Shown here in pieces: positions 18,876 through 27,170 of a stretch of DNA of 64,000 bases. Source of the DNA: a virus. The notes beneath the pieces were generated by a model that was given only the letters and a program-made list of their open reading frames with translations, did no database searches and was not told the origin of the DNA. Position numbers and translations under genes: made by a program. The stretch's first letter is position 1, and the number at the start of each line of letters is the position of its first letter. Location of the stretch: IMG/VR virus record IMGVR_UViG_3300014158_000003, positions 53,320-117,319 of that record, one strand, 5' to 3'.

Positions 18876-19853
18876 ATGCCTGAGGACGAAAAAAAGCCGC
18901 CGTACATCAAGCAGCCGGCCAAGGACGATCAGCGTCCATTTCAGCGCGTGCTGAGCGAGCACGATCTATTTGCTTCGCAGCGATTGACCCGGCGTGGCCT
19001 GCTTCAAAAAATCGAGGCCGAGACGACCGGTGAGAGGTCCGCCACCATCGGCTTCATTGGCCGCGGCGCGATCGATCCCAGAGACATCACGGCCTTTGGC
19101 GATGTCCTGATGTCGGTCGGTGATGTCGATGTCCTCAACCTGATCATCGATAGTCCTGGCGGCGACGGTTCTACGGCGGAGAAACTGATCGAACTGTGCC
19201 GCGCCTACTGCAAGACTTTCCGGGTAATGATCCCTAACCGCGCAAAGAGTGCGGGCACGATCATCGCGCTCGGCGCCGATGAGATCGTGATGGGGCACTG
19301 CTCCGAATTGGGTCCAATCGACGCGCAGGTGCCTGTGATCGTGGGCGAGATCCCTCGATACATCTCGGCACAGTCGTTTATCGACGCTCAGTTGGATCTA
19401 CAGGCTGAATTTGCAAAGCGCATCGCCGCGAATGGAAAGGCGGACGTGCGCGACATCCTGCAACAACTTGCCGCGCTCAACCTGCCGTTTATTGACCACT
19501 GCAAGAAACTCATGGGCTTCTCGCGTGACGTTGCAGAGAAGAATCTGGCCGCGCACATGTTTCGGGATGTTCAGCCCGATGCCGAGCGCAACCAAAAGGT
19601 TGCAAAGGTCATCAAGGGGCTCTCGCATCCAGAGAACTTTCAGGTGCACTCGCGAATGATCGACGGCAACACGGCCAAAACCAAGCTGGGGCTAAATGTG
19701 CGGCTTCTCGGCAAAGACGACGAACTGTGGGCCGCGATCTGGCAGTACTACATTCGCGCGGACGTTTTTCTCTCGGGCGCCCACGGCCCCGGGGCGTCTA
19801 AGCTGGTCGAATCACGGGTGGAGAGCCTACATCTAACGGCGGAACTGGAATGA
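18876..19853 (+). CDS. SDH_sah / ClpP-crotonase-fold serine protease (IS passenger)
   Basis: LIIDSPGG, AKSAGTIIALGADEIVMG..SELGPIDAQ, HSRMI. Lower GC. Start codon uncertain (18852-18876). Confidence 0.85.
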   Translation: MPEDEKKPPYIKQPAKDDQRPFQRVLSEHDLFASQRLTRRGLLQKIEAETTGERSATIGFIGRGAIDPRDITAFGDVLMSVGDVDVLNLIIDSPGGDGSTAEKLIELCRAYCKTFRVMIPNRAKSAGTIIALGADEIVMGHCSELGPIDAQVPVIVGEIPRYISAQSFIDAQLDLQAEFAKRIAANGKADVRDILQQLAALNLPFIDHCKKLMGFSRDVAEKNLAAHMFRDVQPDAERNQKVAKVIKGLSHPENFQVHSRMIDGNTAKTKLGLNVRLLGKDDELWAAIWQYYIRADVFLSGAHGPGASKLVESRVESLHLTAELE

Positions 19854-20092
19854 CTATTGCTACGCGAGAGGGGACCATGAACCGACCGACCGATAACCAG
19901 AATCCGGATGGCCACAGCTCCGAGGTCAGTCAGGCGCTGGAACTGTTCAACAGTACAGATGCAGCGCGGGACGCCGCTACAGCTCTGGAGGTGATGCGCT
20001 TGGCTGGTGCTAGCCGACGTGCGCGCACAGAACGCCGGTTCAGTCTGTCCATCAGTGGCGGGTATGTTCGATGCGAGGACGACGGCGCTTAA
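19850..20092 (+). CDS. Small hypothetical protein coupled to the protease gene
   Basis: ATGA overlap with the protease stop. Confidence 0.45.
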   Translation: MTIATREGTMNRPTDNQNPDGHSSEVSQALELFNSTDAARDAATALEVMRLAGASRRARTERRFSLSISGGYVRCEDDGA

Positions 20093-20169
20093 AGTCGCTG
20101 TTGACAATTTGTCGCTGTCGATGACCCTACAGGGGCAATGCAGTCACGATGACAGTCAAAGTGAACCGG

Positions 20170-20202
20170 ATGCTTGACTGAGCCTCAACGGTCAAGCATA
20201 CT
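20170..20202 (+). promoter_or_regulatory. Transposase promoter overlapped by a palindromic operator
   Basis: TTGACT-17 nt-CATACT inside ATGCTTGAC-N12-GTCAAGCAT. The ATG lies 7 nt after the -10 element. Confidence 0.65.
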
Positions 20203-20209
20203 GTCCAGT

Positions 20210-21082
20210 ATGAACACGCTGGACGCCGCCACCCGCACCCGCATCGTCTCGGCCCTGGTCGAGGGGAACTCGATCCGCGCGACGTGCCGCATGACCGGCG
20301 CGGCGAAGGGCACCGTCTTGAAGCTCCTGGCGGACCTCGGCGCCGCCTGCCGCGCGTACCACGACGCGAACGTGCGCGGCCTGCACTGCAAGCGGCTCCA
20401 GTGCGACGAGATCTGGTCCTTCTGCGGCGCCAAGGACAAGAATGTCCTGCCCGACGAGGAAGGCTTCGGGCGCGGCTCGATCTGGACGTGGACCGCGCTC
20501 GACGCGGACACGAAGCTGATCGCCGGCTACCACATCGGCACGCGCGACGCTGGCTGCGCCTACGAGTTCATGACCGACCTCGCGTCACGCATCGAGACGC
20601 GCGTGCAGCTCACGACCGACGGACACAAGGCGTACATCAACGCGGTCGCCGACGCGTTCGGGCCGTCGAATATCGACTACGCGATGCTCGTGAAGCTGTT
20701 TGGCGAGACGCCGGCCGGCGCAGGTCGCTACAGCCCGCCCGCGTGCATCGGGATCGAGATGCGCCCGATCATGGGCGAGCCGGACATGGAGCACGTGTCG
20801 ACCTCGTACGTCGAACGCCAGAACCTCACGATGCGGATGTCGATGCGCCGGTTCACGCGGCTCACGAACGCGTTCTCGAAGAAGTGCGAGAACCTCGCGC
20901 ACGCGGTCGCGCTCCACTTCATGCATTACAACTTCTGCCGCGTGCACCAGACGCTCCGCGTGACGCCGGCCATGGCCGCGGGGCTCACGGATCATGTGTG
21001 GGAGATCGGCGAATTGATCGCGCTCATGCCGAAGCCGGTCGCGAAGCCGTGGGGGAGCGTGAAGCGCGCGGCGGTCGCCTGA
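20210..21082 (+). CDS. IS1-family DDE transposase
   Basis: HTH (LVEGNSIRATCRMTG), QCDEIWSF, LTTDG, TSYVERQNLTMR..RRFTRLTNAFSKK, YNFCRVH..TPAMAAG. Confidence 0.93.
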   Translation: MNTLDAATRTRIVSALVEGNSIRATCRMTGAAKGTVLKLLADLGAACRAYHDANVRGLHCKRLQCDEIWSFCGAKDKNVLPDEEGFGRGSIWTWTALDADTKLIAGYHIGTRDAGCAYEFMTDLASRIETRVQLTTDGHKAYINAVADAFGPSNIDYAMLVKLFGETPAGAGRYSPPACIGIEMRPIMGEPDMEHVSTSYVERQNLTMRMSMRRFTRLTNAFSKKCENLAHAVALHFMHYNFCRVHQTLRVTPAMAAGLTDHVWEIGELIALMPKPVAKPWGSVKRAAVA

Positions 21083-21086
21083 TCGG

Positions 21087-21479
21087 TCAACGCTGCGGCA
21101 CCTTTGCCTTGAAGCCTCGCGGGGTGAATTGCGAACGGTGGAGCCCGATCCGCATCCTAGATAGGAGCGCGTCTGCAATGCACGTCTGTTTGCGGCCTGG
21201 TTGCAACGTATCGGTGTCCCCGGCCTCTACCTCTCGAAGGCCTCGGTAGAACACGTAGCTTTCGTGGGTGATGAACGGGTGCGCGTCCGGATCGCCGGGG
21301 CGAAGGATGCACGAGCGGTCCACGAACCTATCCACCGTCGTGACGTTCACGATCGTGGCGCACACCGCGAGCGAATAGTCGGGCGTGTAGACAGCCAGGA
21401 CGACCCACAGGTGATCGACGACCGCCGTCTTCGACGGGTTGAGCAGAAACGCATCCCCCGCCTCGACGGTTCCCCTCAC
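21087..21479 (-). CDS. Putative PemK/MazF-like toxin partner of the Panacea antitoxin
   Basis: GDAFL..HLWVVL..VNVTT..CIL..HPFITHESYV. GTGA overlap with the antitoxin gene. Confidence 0.5.
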   Translation of the reverse strand: MRGTVEAGDAFLLNPSKTAVVDHLWVVLAVYTPDYSLAVCATIVNVTTVDRFVDRSCILRPGDPDAHPFITHESYVFYRGLREVEAGDTDTLQPGRKQTCIADALLSRMRIGLHRSQFTPRGFKAKVPQR

Positions 21480-22051
21480 GACGAATGGATCAACCTATCG
21501 ACTGCTGCGAGATACTTTGCGCGCTTGGCGCGATCGCTGATTGCTTCGTCGTTCTCGCCGACCGCGCGGAGAATGTCAGCGGCCGGCAATGGTGCAACCT
21601 TCGCGGGCTTGGGGTGCTTCCACTCCGGAAGCCCGTGGACCACGTCGATCAGATGCGTGTATGAAACACGCTTATACTTCTTCGCGAGATCTGTCAGAAC
21701 GCCGACGTCGTAATCCGAAAGCTGATCGTCGCCCGGGTCCTCTACAAGCTCGACGTTGTAGCCTTGGGTGCGGATGCAGTGGTCCCAAAGACTGTCGGCG
21801 ACCTCGACCTCCCCCTTGATGCAGTTGTAGACCTCACTCAGAACAGGCCCGTTCGCCATGGACACGAACGTAGAGCCGGTGATCGGCTGACCGGTCTCGA
21901 TCAGCGATTGCCTGTCGGCGAGGTACAGCTCCTTCAGGATGGACGTGTAGTTCTCGGTACCACCAGCCTCGCGCAGGAGAACGGCAGCAGCTTGCACGGC
22001 TCGACGTTCGTCAAACCGGAACCTGAGTTCGCCCCCCGCTTCCAATAGCAT
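21476..22051 (-). CDS. Panacea (DUF4065/SocA-like) antitoxin
   Basis: ILKELYLADRQSLIETGQPITG..FVSMANGPV..LS..D..L..H..PEW. Confidence 0.85.
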   Translation of the reverse strand: MLLEAGGELRFRFDERRAVQAAAVLLREAGGTENYTSILKELYLADRQSLIETGQPITGSTFVSMANGPVLSEVYNCIKGEVEVADSLWDHCIRTQGYNVELVEDPGDDQLSDYDVGVLTDLAKKYKRVSYTHLIDVVHGLPEWKHPKPAKVAPLPAADILRAVGENDEAISDRAKRAKYLAAVDRLIHSS

Positions 22052-22192
22052 CGTCAACCACCATCTACCGATCCGCGCCTGCCCACGCGTTCAGGCTAAC
22101 GCTAACGTATGACATCTGCAAGCCTCAATGCTTGAGCGGTCACGCAACGCGCCGCGTCAGCCCAACTCAAACTGACCCACTACCCCCGCGTG

Positions 22193-22260
22193 TCCGGGCC
22201 GAGGGGATCGAACCCTCTTCGCCGGATTCAAAATCCGGCTCCCCACCATGGGTGGCCCGA
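22193..22260 (-). tRNA. tRNA-Gln(TTG), short D-arm
   Basis: Reverse complement CCGGA-TTTTGAA-TCCGG, GTTCGATCC. Confidence 0.75.
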
Positions 22261-22261
22261 G

Positions 22262-22344
22262 TGCGTTGGGAGGGAGTTGAACCCTCACGACCTTGCGGTC
22301 ACTGCGGTCTGAACGCAGCGCGGATACCGTTTCGCCACCAACGC
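22262..22344 (-). tRNA. tRNA-Leu(CAG)
   Basis: Reverse complement GCGTTGG/CCAACGC acceptor, CTGCG-TTCAGAC-CGCAG, long variable arm. Confidence 0.85.
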
Positions 22345-22456
22345 GCGTGACTCTGTCACCAGCCCCTATAAGGGCAGGACAAGACGCAAGCGTTGCGATA
22401 GGCGGAACGTGTGCACGACGGGGATAACACTGACACGTCTCCGAGCAGCGCGCAAG

Positions 22457-22810
22457 CTACGCCCCCTCGATCGCGCCCCCGCGGACGTGGAAGTGCGCGC
22501 CGCACCCATCCCCGGTGAGCCGGACGCTCGACGAGCCGGCGACGAGCGTCAGGTCGTCGAGGCTCGTTCCCACAAATTCCCACCGGCCCGGCTTCGGGTC
22601 AACGTCGGGCGGCACGCGCGGGCGCCAGCAGATGACCGCGTGCGTGCCGACTCGGCCGCCGTTGGCCTCGAAACACTTGGGGCAGTAGAAACACACCCCG
22701 TCGGCGTCCTCGATGCGGTCGACGACGCGGTGGCCCTCGCCGCCGTCGACGACCTCGCGGCGGATGAACCCGAAGCAGTCGTCGGCGTCGACGAGGTCGC
22801 GGAGCCTCAC
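22457..22810 (-). CDS. Small Cys/His phage protein (DUF6527-like)
   Basis: FYCPKC..H..W.F.GT..DLTL..SV..C..HFHVRGG.I. Confidence 0.6.
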   Translation of the reverse strand: MRLRDLVDADDCFGFIRREVVDGGEGHRVVDRIEDADGVCFYCPKCFEANGGRVGTHAVICWRPRVPPDVDPKPGRWEFVGTSLDDLTLVAGSSSVRLTGDGCGAHFHVRGGAIEGA

Positions 22811-23055
22811 TCGTCGGCCTCCAGCTTGTCGAGTCGCGCGATCTGGTCGCACAGTCGCCTGCGCGCGCAGCGCCAGGAGCAGGCGTCGAAGTGCTCGCTC
22901 GCCGACGCGCGCTCTCCAGACCGACCGTCCGCAACCGACAGCATCACGATGAGGCCGTTCGTGTTGCGCGGGGAGGTCACCGCGATGGAGTTCCCGCAGA
23001 CCGCGCACGCAATCGGCTCGGCCTCGCGAGCGACGGGGGACCCCTTGCGCCTCAT
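22807..23055 (-). CDS. Small Zn-finger hypothetical protein
   Basis: CAVCG..ACSWRC, with 4-nt overlaps to both neighbours. Confidence 0.55.
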   Translation of the reverse strand: MRRKGSPVAREAEPIACAVCGNSIAVTSPRNTNGLIVMLSVADGRSGERASASEHFDACSWRCARRRLCDQIARLDKLEADE

Positions 23056-23462
23056 CGCGCCTTTGGGCGCCTCGCCAGCCCCTCGCGCACCCCCTGCGTC
23101 ACGAGCGTGAGCTCCTTCGGGCTCAGCGTGGCGCACGTCGCGATGAGCCTGGTGACCGTGCGCGCGCTCACGGCCGTCCCGGCGCGCTCCGGGTGGGGCG
23201 CCACCGGCGGCAGCTTGGGTAGCGGAGGCAGCTTGGTCTCGTCGATCTTGCCCGCGGCGTCGTGGGGCACGCTCACCTTGAGCGTGCCCTTCGCGATCCC
23301 GGCGCGCACGCCGGCCGTGACGGCCGCGAGCTCCGGGTCGTTGAGCGAGAGCGCCATCGCGACGCAGTGGGCGACGAGCGCGAGGTCGGGGTCCACGCGG
23401 GCGGTCTTCTTCTTCGCGCGGATCGCTTCCCGGAAGGCGGTGACGGCGGCGGATTCGGGCAT
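23052..23462 (-). CDS. Hypothetical protein downstream of the CRISPR array
   Basis: ATG 23462 (MPESAAVTAF), GC-rich codon usage. Confidence 0.6.
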   Translation of the reverse strand: MPESAAVTAFREAIRAKKKTARVDPDLALVAHCVAMALSLNDPELAAVTAGVRAGIAKGTLKVSVPHDAAGKIDETKLPPLPKLPPVAPHPERAGTAVSARTVTRLIATCATLSPKELTLVTQGVREGLARRPKAR

Positions 23463-23499
23463 GCCTGGGAGGGTAGCACCGTGCACAGCCGCCCGCAGT

Positions 23500-24993
23500 C
23501 GGCACTTGCCCGAGGCGCCGCGATGCCGTAGCCACACGGGAAAGGAAGAAATACTCCGACGCCTCTACCCTAGCCGCGATCTCCGAGGCGCCGCGGTGCC
23601 GCAACCATCTGCAGAGCATGAGTGCTGTTCCGGCACCGGAGATCGGGCCGCGATCTCCGAGGCGTCGCGGTGCCGTAGTCACACCAGCCTGTGACCATGG
23701 AGCAGTAGTCGGCGTAGTCGCGATCTTCGAGGCGCCGCGATGCCGCGATACCCGTCCGTCCTCGCGAGTTCAGTAGGTCGCGGTCTCACGAGGCTCCGCG
23801 ATGCCATCATCAACCATCCAGGCCGCCACGGTGCGAGCAGGTCGCGGTCTCAGAGGCGTCGCGATGCCATAGCCACGGCACGGGCGCATCGGTCGTCCGT
23901 GTGGTTGATCAGGTCGCGATCTCCGAGGCGCCGCGATGCCGTAGCCACGAGAGCGAGGTCGACCACTTCGACTCGTGGCTCCAAGTCGCGATCTCCGAGG
24001 CGCCGCGATGCCATAGCCACCCGATCGACGGGTACAAAACTCGCTCGTCCCACTTGGTCGCGATCTCCGAGGCGCCGCGATGCCGTAGCCACACGGGAAA
24101 GGAAGAAATCCTCCGACGCCTCTACCCTAGCCGCGATCTAAGAGGCGCCGCGGTGCGGCAGCCATCTGCAGATCACGAATCAACTCACTCCCGGTCGCGA
24201 TCTTATAGGCGCCGCGATGCCGTAACTACGGGCGCGCCTTGCAGGTCATGACCTGCATCATGCACCGAGCCGCGATCTCCGAGGCGCCGCGATGCCGTAG
24301 CCACTTCGCCGCGCTCGTCGAGACGACGCTCGGCCGGAGCGTGTCGCGATCTCCGAGGCGCCGCGATGCCGTAGCCACAGGATCTGCACGCGCGCGCCAC
24401 GACCCAGCGAAGTCGCGATCTCCGAGGCGCCCCCCGCGCACCCAAATAACCCGCACGCGCCCGTCATTCGTCGACTCTCCTCTTCGGTGGTGGTCTCTTC
24501 GGTAAGTTCTGCAGGACCGCCGGGTCGCGATCTCCGAGGCGCCGCGATGCCGTAGCCACTCGTCACCCATCGCATCAGCCACCTGATGCGCCGTGTCGCG
24601 ATCTCCGAGGCGCCGCGATGCCGTAGCCACCGGCATTGCGATTGAAGCACGCGACCGACTACACGGTGTCGCGATCTCCGAGGCGCCGCGATGCCGTAGC
24701 CACGAGAGCGAGGTCGACCACTTCGATTCGTGGCTCCAAGTCGCGATCTCCGAGGCGCCGCGATGCCGTAGCCACGTCGTCGGGGGCATCAGGATGGCCA
24801 GCGAGGACGCGTCGCGATCTCCGAGGCGCCGCGATGCCGTAGCCACCGGATCTGCGGCTGGCCCGGCGACTGTTCGCTCACCGGGTCGCGATCTCCGAGG
24901 CGCCGCGATGCCGTAGCCACGTCGGGATACGACGGTCGACGTTGTGGCGATCAGATTGTCGCGATCTCCGAGGCGCCGCGATGCCGTAGCCAC
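23500..24993 (-). CRISPR. CRISPR array, 21 repeats / 20 spacers. 36-nt repeat GTGGCTACGGCATCGCGGCGCCTCGGAGATCGCGAC (minus strand)
   Basis: Plus-strand repeats start at 23500, 23573, 23647, 23717, 23777, 23841, 23913, 23985, 24057, 24130, 24194, 24269, 24343, 24412 (only 20 nt), 24524, 24595, 24668, 24740, 24811, 24885, 24958. Spacers are mostly 33-39 nt. Repeats are perfect near the cas gene and degenerate distally. Confidence 0.97.
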
Positions 24994-25091
24994 AGGTGGC
25001 CGAAAAACGTTCCGATTTTCAAAGACCTGCGCGGCCGCCTGCGAGCGCCGCCCCGATCGGGTAGCCGACCCGGGCGCGACCTGCCAGTTGA

Positions 25092-27149
25092 CTACTCTGC
25101 CGCCCGGCCGAACCCCTCGACGCGCCTCGACTTCTTCGCCCCGCGAGCGCCCCCACCCACGTTCACGCCGCCCGAGGGCTCGCCCGAGTGCCGGTCGTAG
25201 AGATGCTTGGCCGCGTTGAGGTCCTGGTCGTAGACCTGCCCGCACGCGAAGCAGGTGACCGGGATCTGCGGCAGCGGGTCAGACGACTCGCCGCCGCAGC
25301 CGTGGTGCTCGACCGTGATCCGCTCGCTCGGCGCCCGGTGCACGTTCGCCTCGCCGAACGCCGCCTCGAGCGCGTCTACCAGCTCGCTCACGCACGCGAG
25401 CACGCGGTTGCTGTTGCCGCGCACCTCTTGCTCGGTGCGGGTGTCGGCCTCGGGGTCCGGCGTCTCGGCCGTCTCGGACTTGTTCCACTGCTCGATGACG
25501 ACGCGCTCGTAGCGGGCGGCCAAGTCGCGCGCGTAGCACCGGTAGCGGTCTCTCCTCGACCGGCGCAGGCGCAGGTCGTTGTTCCTGGCCCAGTTGACGA
25601 GGTGCCGGTCCTTGGCCCGCCACCAGTCGAGGTAGACCGCGAGCACCTGGTCCGCGCTCACGACCCCGCGCCCGGCGAGCCACGCCTTGATCTCGTCGAG
25701 CGGCCCGAACAGGTCCAGCTTCGGCGACCGCTCGAGTCGCCACGCCTTCCAGAGCGCGGGCACGTCGACCCCGCGCGCCTCGAGCCAATCTCTGCGCAGG
25801 TCCAGAGCCACCCGCGCGAGCCGACCGTGGCTGCGCCAGGCGTGCACCGTGTCGAGCGACCAGGCGGCGACCTGCTCGGGCGAGAACAGGCTGCGCTCGC
25901 CCCCCTTGAACCAGCCGGCCAGAGCGTCCCTGACCGCGAGGAAGTGCTCGTCCGCGTACGACAAGAGGCGATCGGCGAGGTCCGACCCCTCGCGGAAGGA
26001 TCGCGGCAGCACCAGCCGGTCCTCCGCGCGCGAGGCGCTGCCCGACCACGGCGTCGCGACCCGCAGGTCACCGTTCTTGAGCGCGCGCCAGCCGAGGTTC
26101 AGCGCGATGGTCCCGCGCGCCCCCGCGCTCTGCGCCCGCGCCCGGTCGACCGAGTCGCAGGTCAGCTGCAGCTCGTAGTGCCACACGAGGCCGACCCGCC
26201 GCGCGACGACGTACGCCCAGCGCACCCGCGCCTCCGGGGCCATGTCCCGGTGCCACACGACCGGCAGGTGCAGCCACGTCGCCTGGTCGCCGCGCCCGGA
26301 CAGGTGCAGGTGCACGACCGCGTACCGGGTGCCGTTCGCGCGCGCGGTCATGTCCGCGGGGAACTCGACGCGGACCTGACCGACCGCGGCGCCGACGACG
26401 TCGTCGGCCGAGAGCCCGCCGCCCCGGACCTGCAGCCCCACGCGCTCGCACTCGAGCCGCGAGAACGGCGGGTCCCCGGCGCACTCAGCGAACGACTTCT
26501 CCGCGGCGGCCTCCACGGCGAGGTACGTCCCGACGGCGCACCCGCACTCGGCGCGAGCGCGCTTGGCGAGCGCCTCGTGCTCCATCTGCGACCGGGTCTT
26601 TGCCTTCCACGGCTCGCCGACGGCCGGGTCGGCGAGCGCACGCTCGCGCACCGCTGCCGTGATCGCCGCGAGCACGTGCGGGCCGATTGGCCCCGGGTCG
26701 GCGCCGCGCGCGAACCGGGCGACCGCGCACGCGAAGCCCACGGCGGCCGTCACGGACTGCTTCGCCTCGCGGTACTTCTGATCGGCGGCGCCGAACACGT
26801 CGGCAGTCGTCCGGTCGCGCGCCTCGGCGTACGCCTTCCAGGCGCCCGACCGCGCTGCACTCAACCGGCGCACCTCGGCGGCGACCGGGTGCCGCGCGCG
26901 CTCCGCGCGCGGCACGCCCGACAAGAGCCGGCGCCCCTCGACGACCGCGCGGTCGGCCGCCGCGTAGGCGGCGTGGAGGTGCGCGAGCTCGGGCGACAGG
27001 GAGTTTCGGAGGTCGCGGTACGCCGCCCGGCGCGAGCGCTCGATCTCCACGAGGCGGTTTCGGTAGCGGTGCGCGGCGCGCACCTCGCGGTCGATGATCT
27101 GGCGCGCCTCGAGCGGCAGCGGACCGATCCCCCACTTGTAGACCAGCAT
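25092..27149 (-). CDS. cas12m: Cas12m-like (type V-M / V-U1) CRISPR effector, RuvC-I Asp replaced by Asn
   Basis: 685 aa, ending about 100 bp from the array. Motifs LVYKWG..AHRYRNRLVEIE, WLHLPVVWHR..P, TIALNLGWR, WRSHGR, W..KDRHL, VVIEQ, HHGCG..CFACGQVYDQDLNAA match the Cas12m pattern as I recall it. Confidence 0.85.
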   Translation of the reverse strand: MLVYKWGIGPLPLEARQIIDREVRAAHRYRNRLVEIERSRRAAYRDLRNSLSPELAHLHAAYAAADRAVVEGRRLLSGVPRAERARHPVAAEVRRLSAARSGAWKAYAEARDRTTADVFGAADQKYREAKQSVTAAVGFACAVARFARGADPGPIGPHVLAAITAAVRERALADPAVGEPWKAKTRSQMEHEALAKRARAECGCAVGTYLAVEAAAEKSFAECAGDPPFSRLECERVGLQVRGGGLSADDVVGAAVGQVRVEFPADMTARANGTRYAVVHLHLSGRGDQATWLHLPVVWHRDMAPEARVRWAYVVARRVGLVWHYELQLTCDSVDRARAQSAGARGTIALNLGWRALKNGDLRVATPWSGSASRAEDRLVLPRSFREGSDLADRLLSYADEHFLAVRDALAGWFKGGERSLFSPEQVAAWSLDTVHAWRSHGRLARVALDLRRDWLEARGVDVPALWKAWRLERSPKLDLFGPLDEIKAWLAGRGVVSADQVLAVYLDWWRAKDRHLVNWARNNDLRLRRSRRDRYRCYARDLAARYERVVIEQWNKSETAETPDPEADTRTEQEVRGNSNRVLACVSELVDALEAAFGEANVHRAPSERITVEHHGCGGESSDPLPQIPVTCFACGQVYDQDLNAAKHLYDRHSGEPSGGVNVGGGARGAKKSRRVEGFGRAAE

Positions 27150-27170
27150 TCTAGCGTTCTCCTCTCGAGG

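Larger units (their letters stand above)
18164..22184. mobile_element. IS1-family element with passenger genes (about 4.0 kb)
   Basis: Terminal inverted repeats GGTAGTGGGTCAGTTTGAGTT (21 bp perfect), an 8-bp target duplication CCCGCGTG at 18156-18163 and 22185-22192, and an internal DDE transposase. Confidence 0.92.

Noticed and set aside
23949-23984. Partial similarity of the duplicated spacer to about 48285-48313 (GAGCGAG..ACCACTTCGA..GTGG)
   Set aside because: Requires a gap and several mismatches, compatible with chance in GC-rich DNA.
23740-25245. ORFs with repeated VATASRRLGDRD / WLRHRGASEIAT peptides
   Set aside because: Translations of the CRISPR repeats.
25092-27149. Plain IS200/IS605 TnpB call
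   Set aside because: Too long, has Cas12m-type motifs, abuts a CRISPR array, and no tnpA or IS ends are seen.
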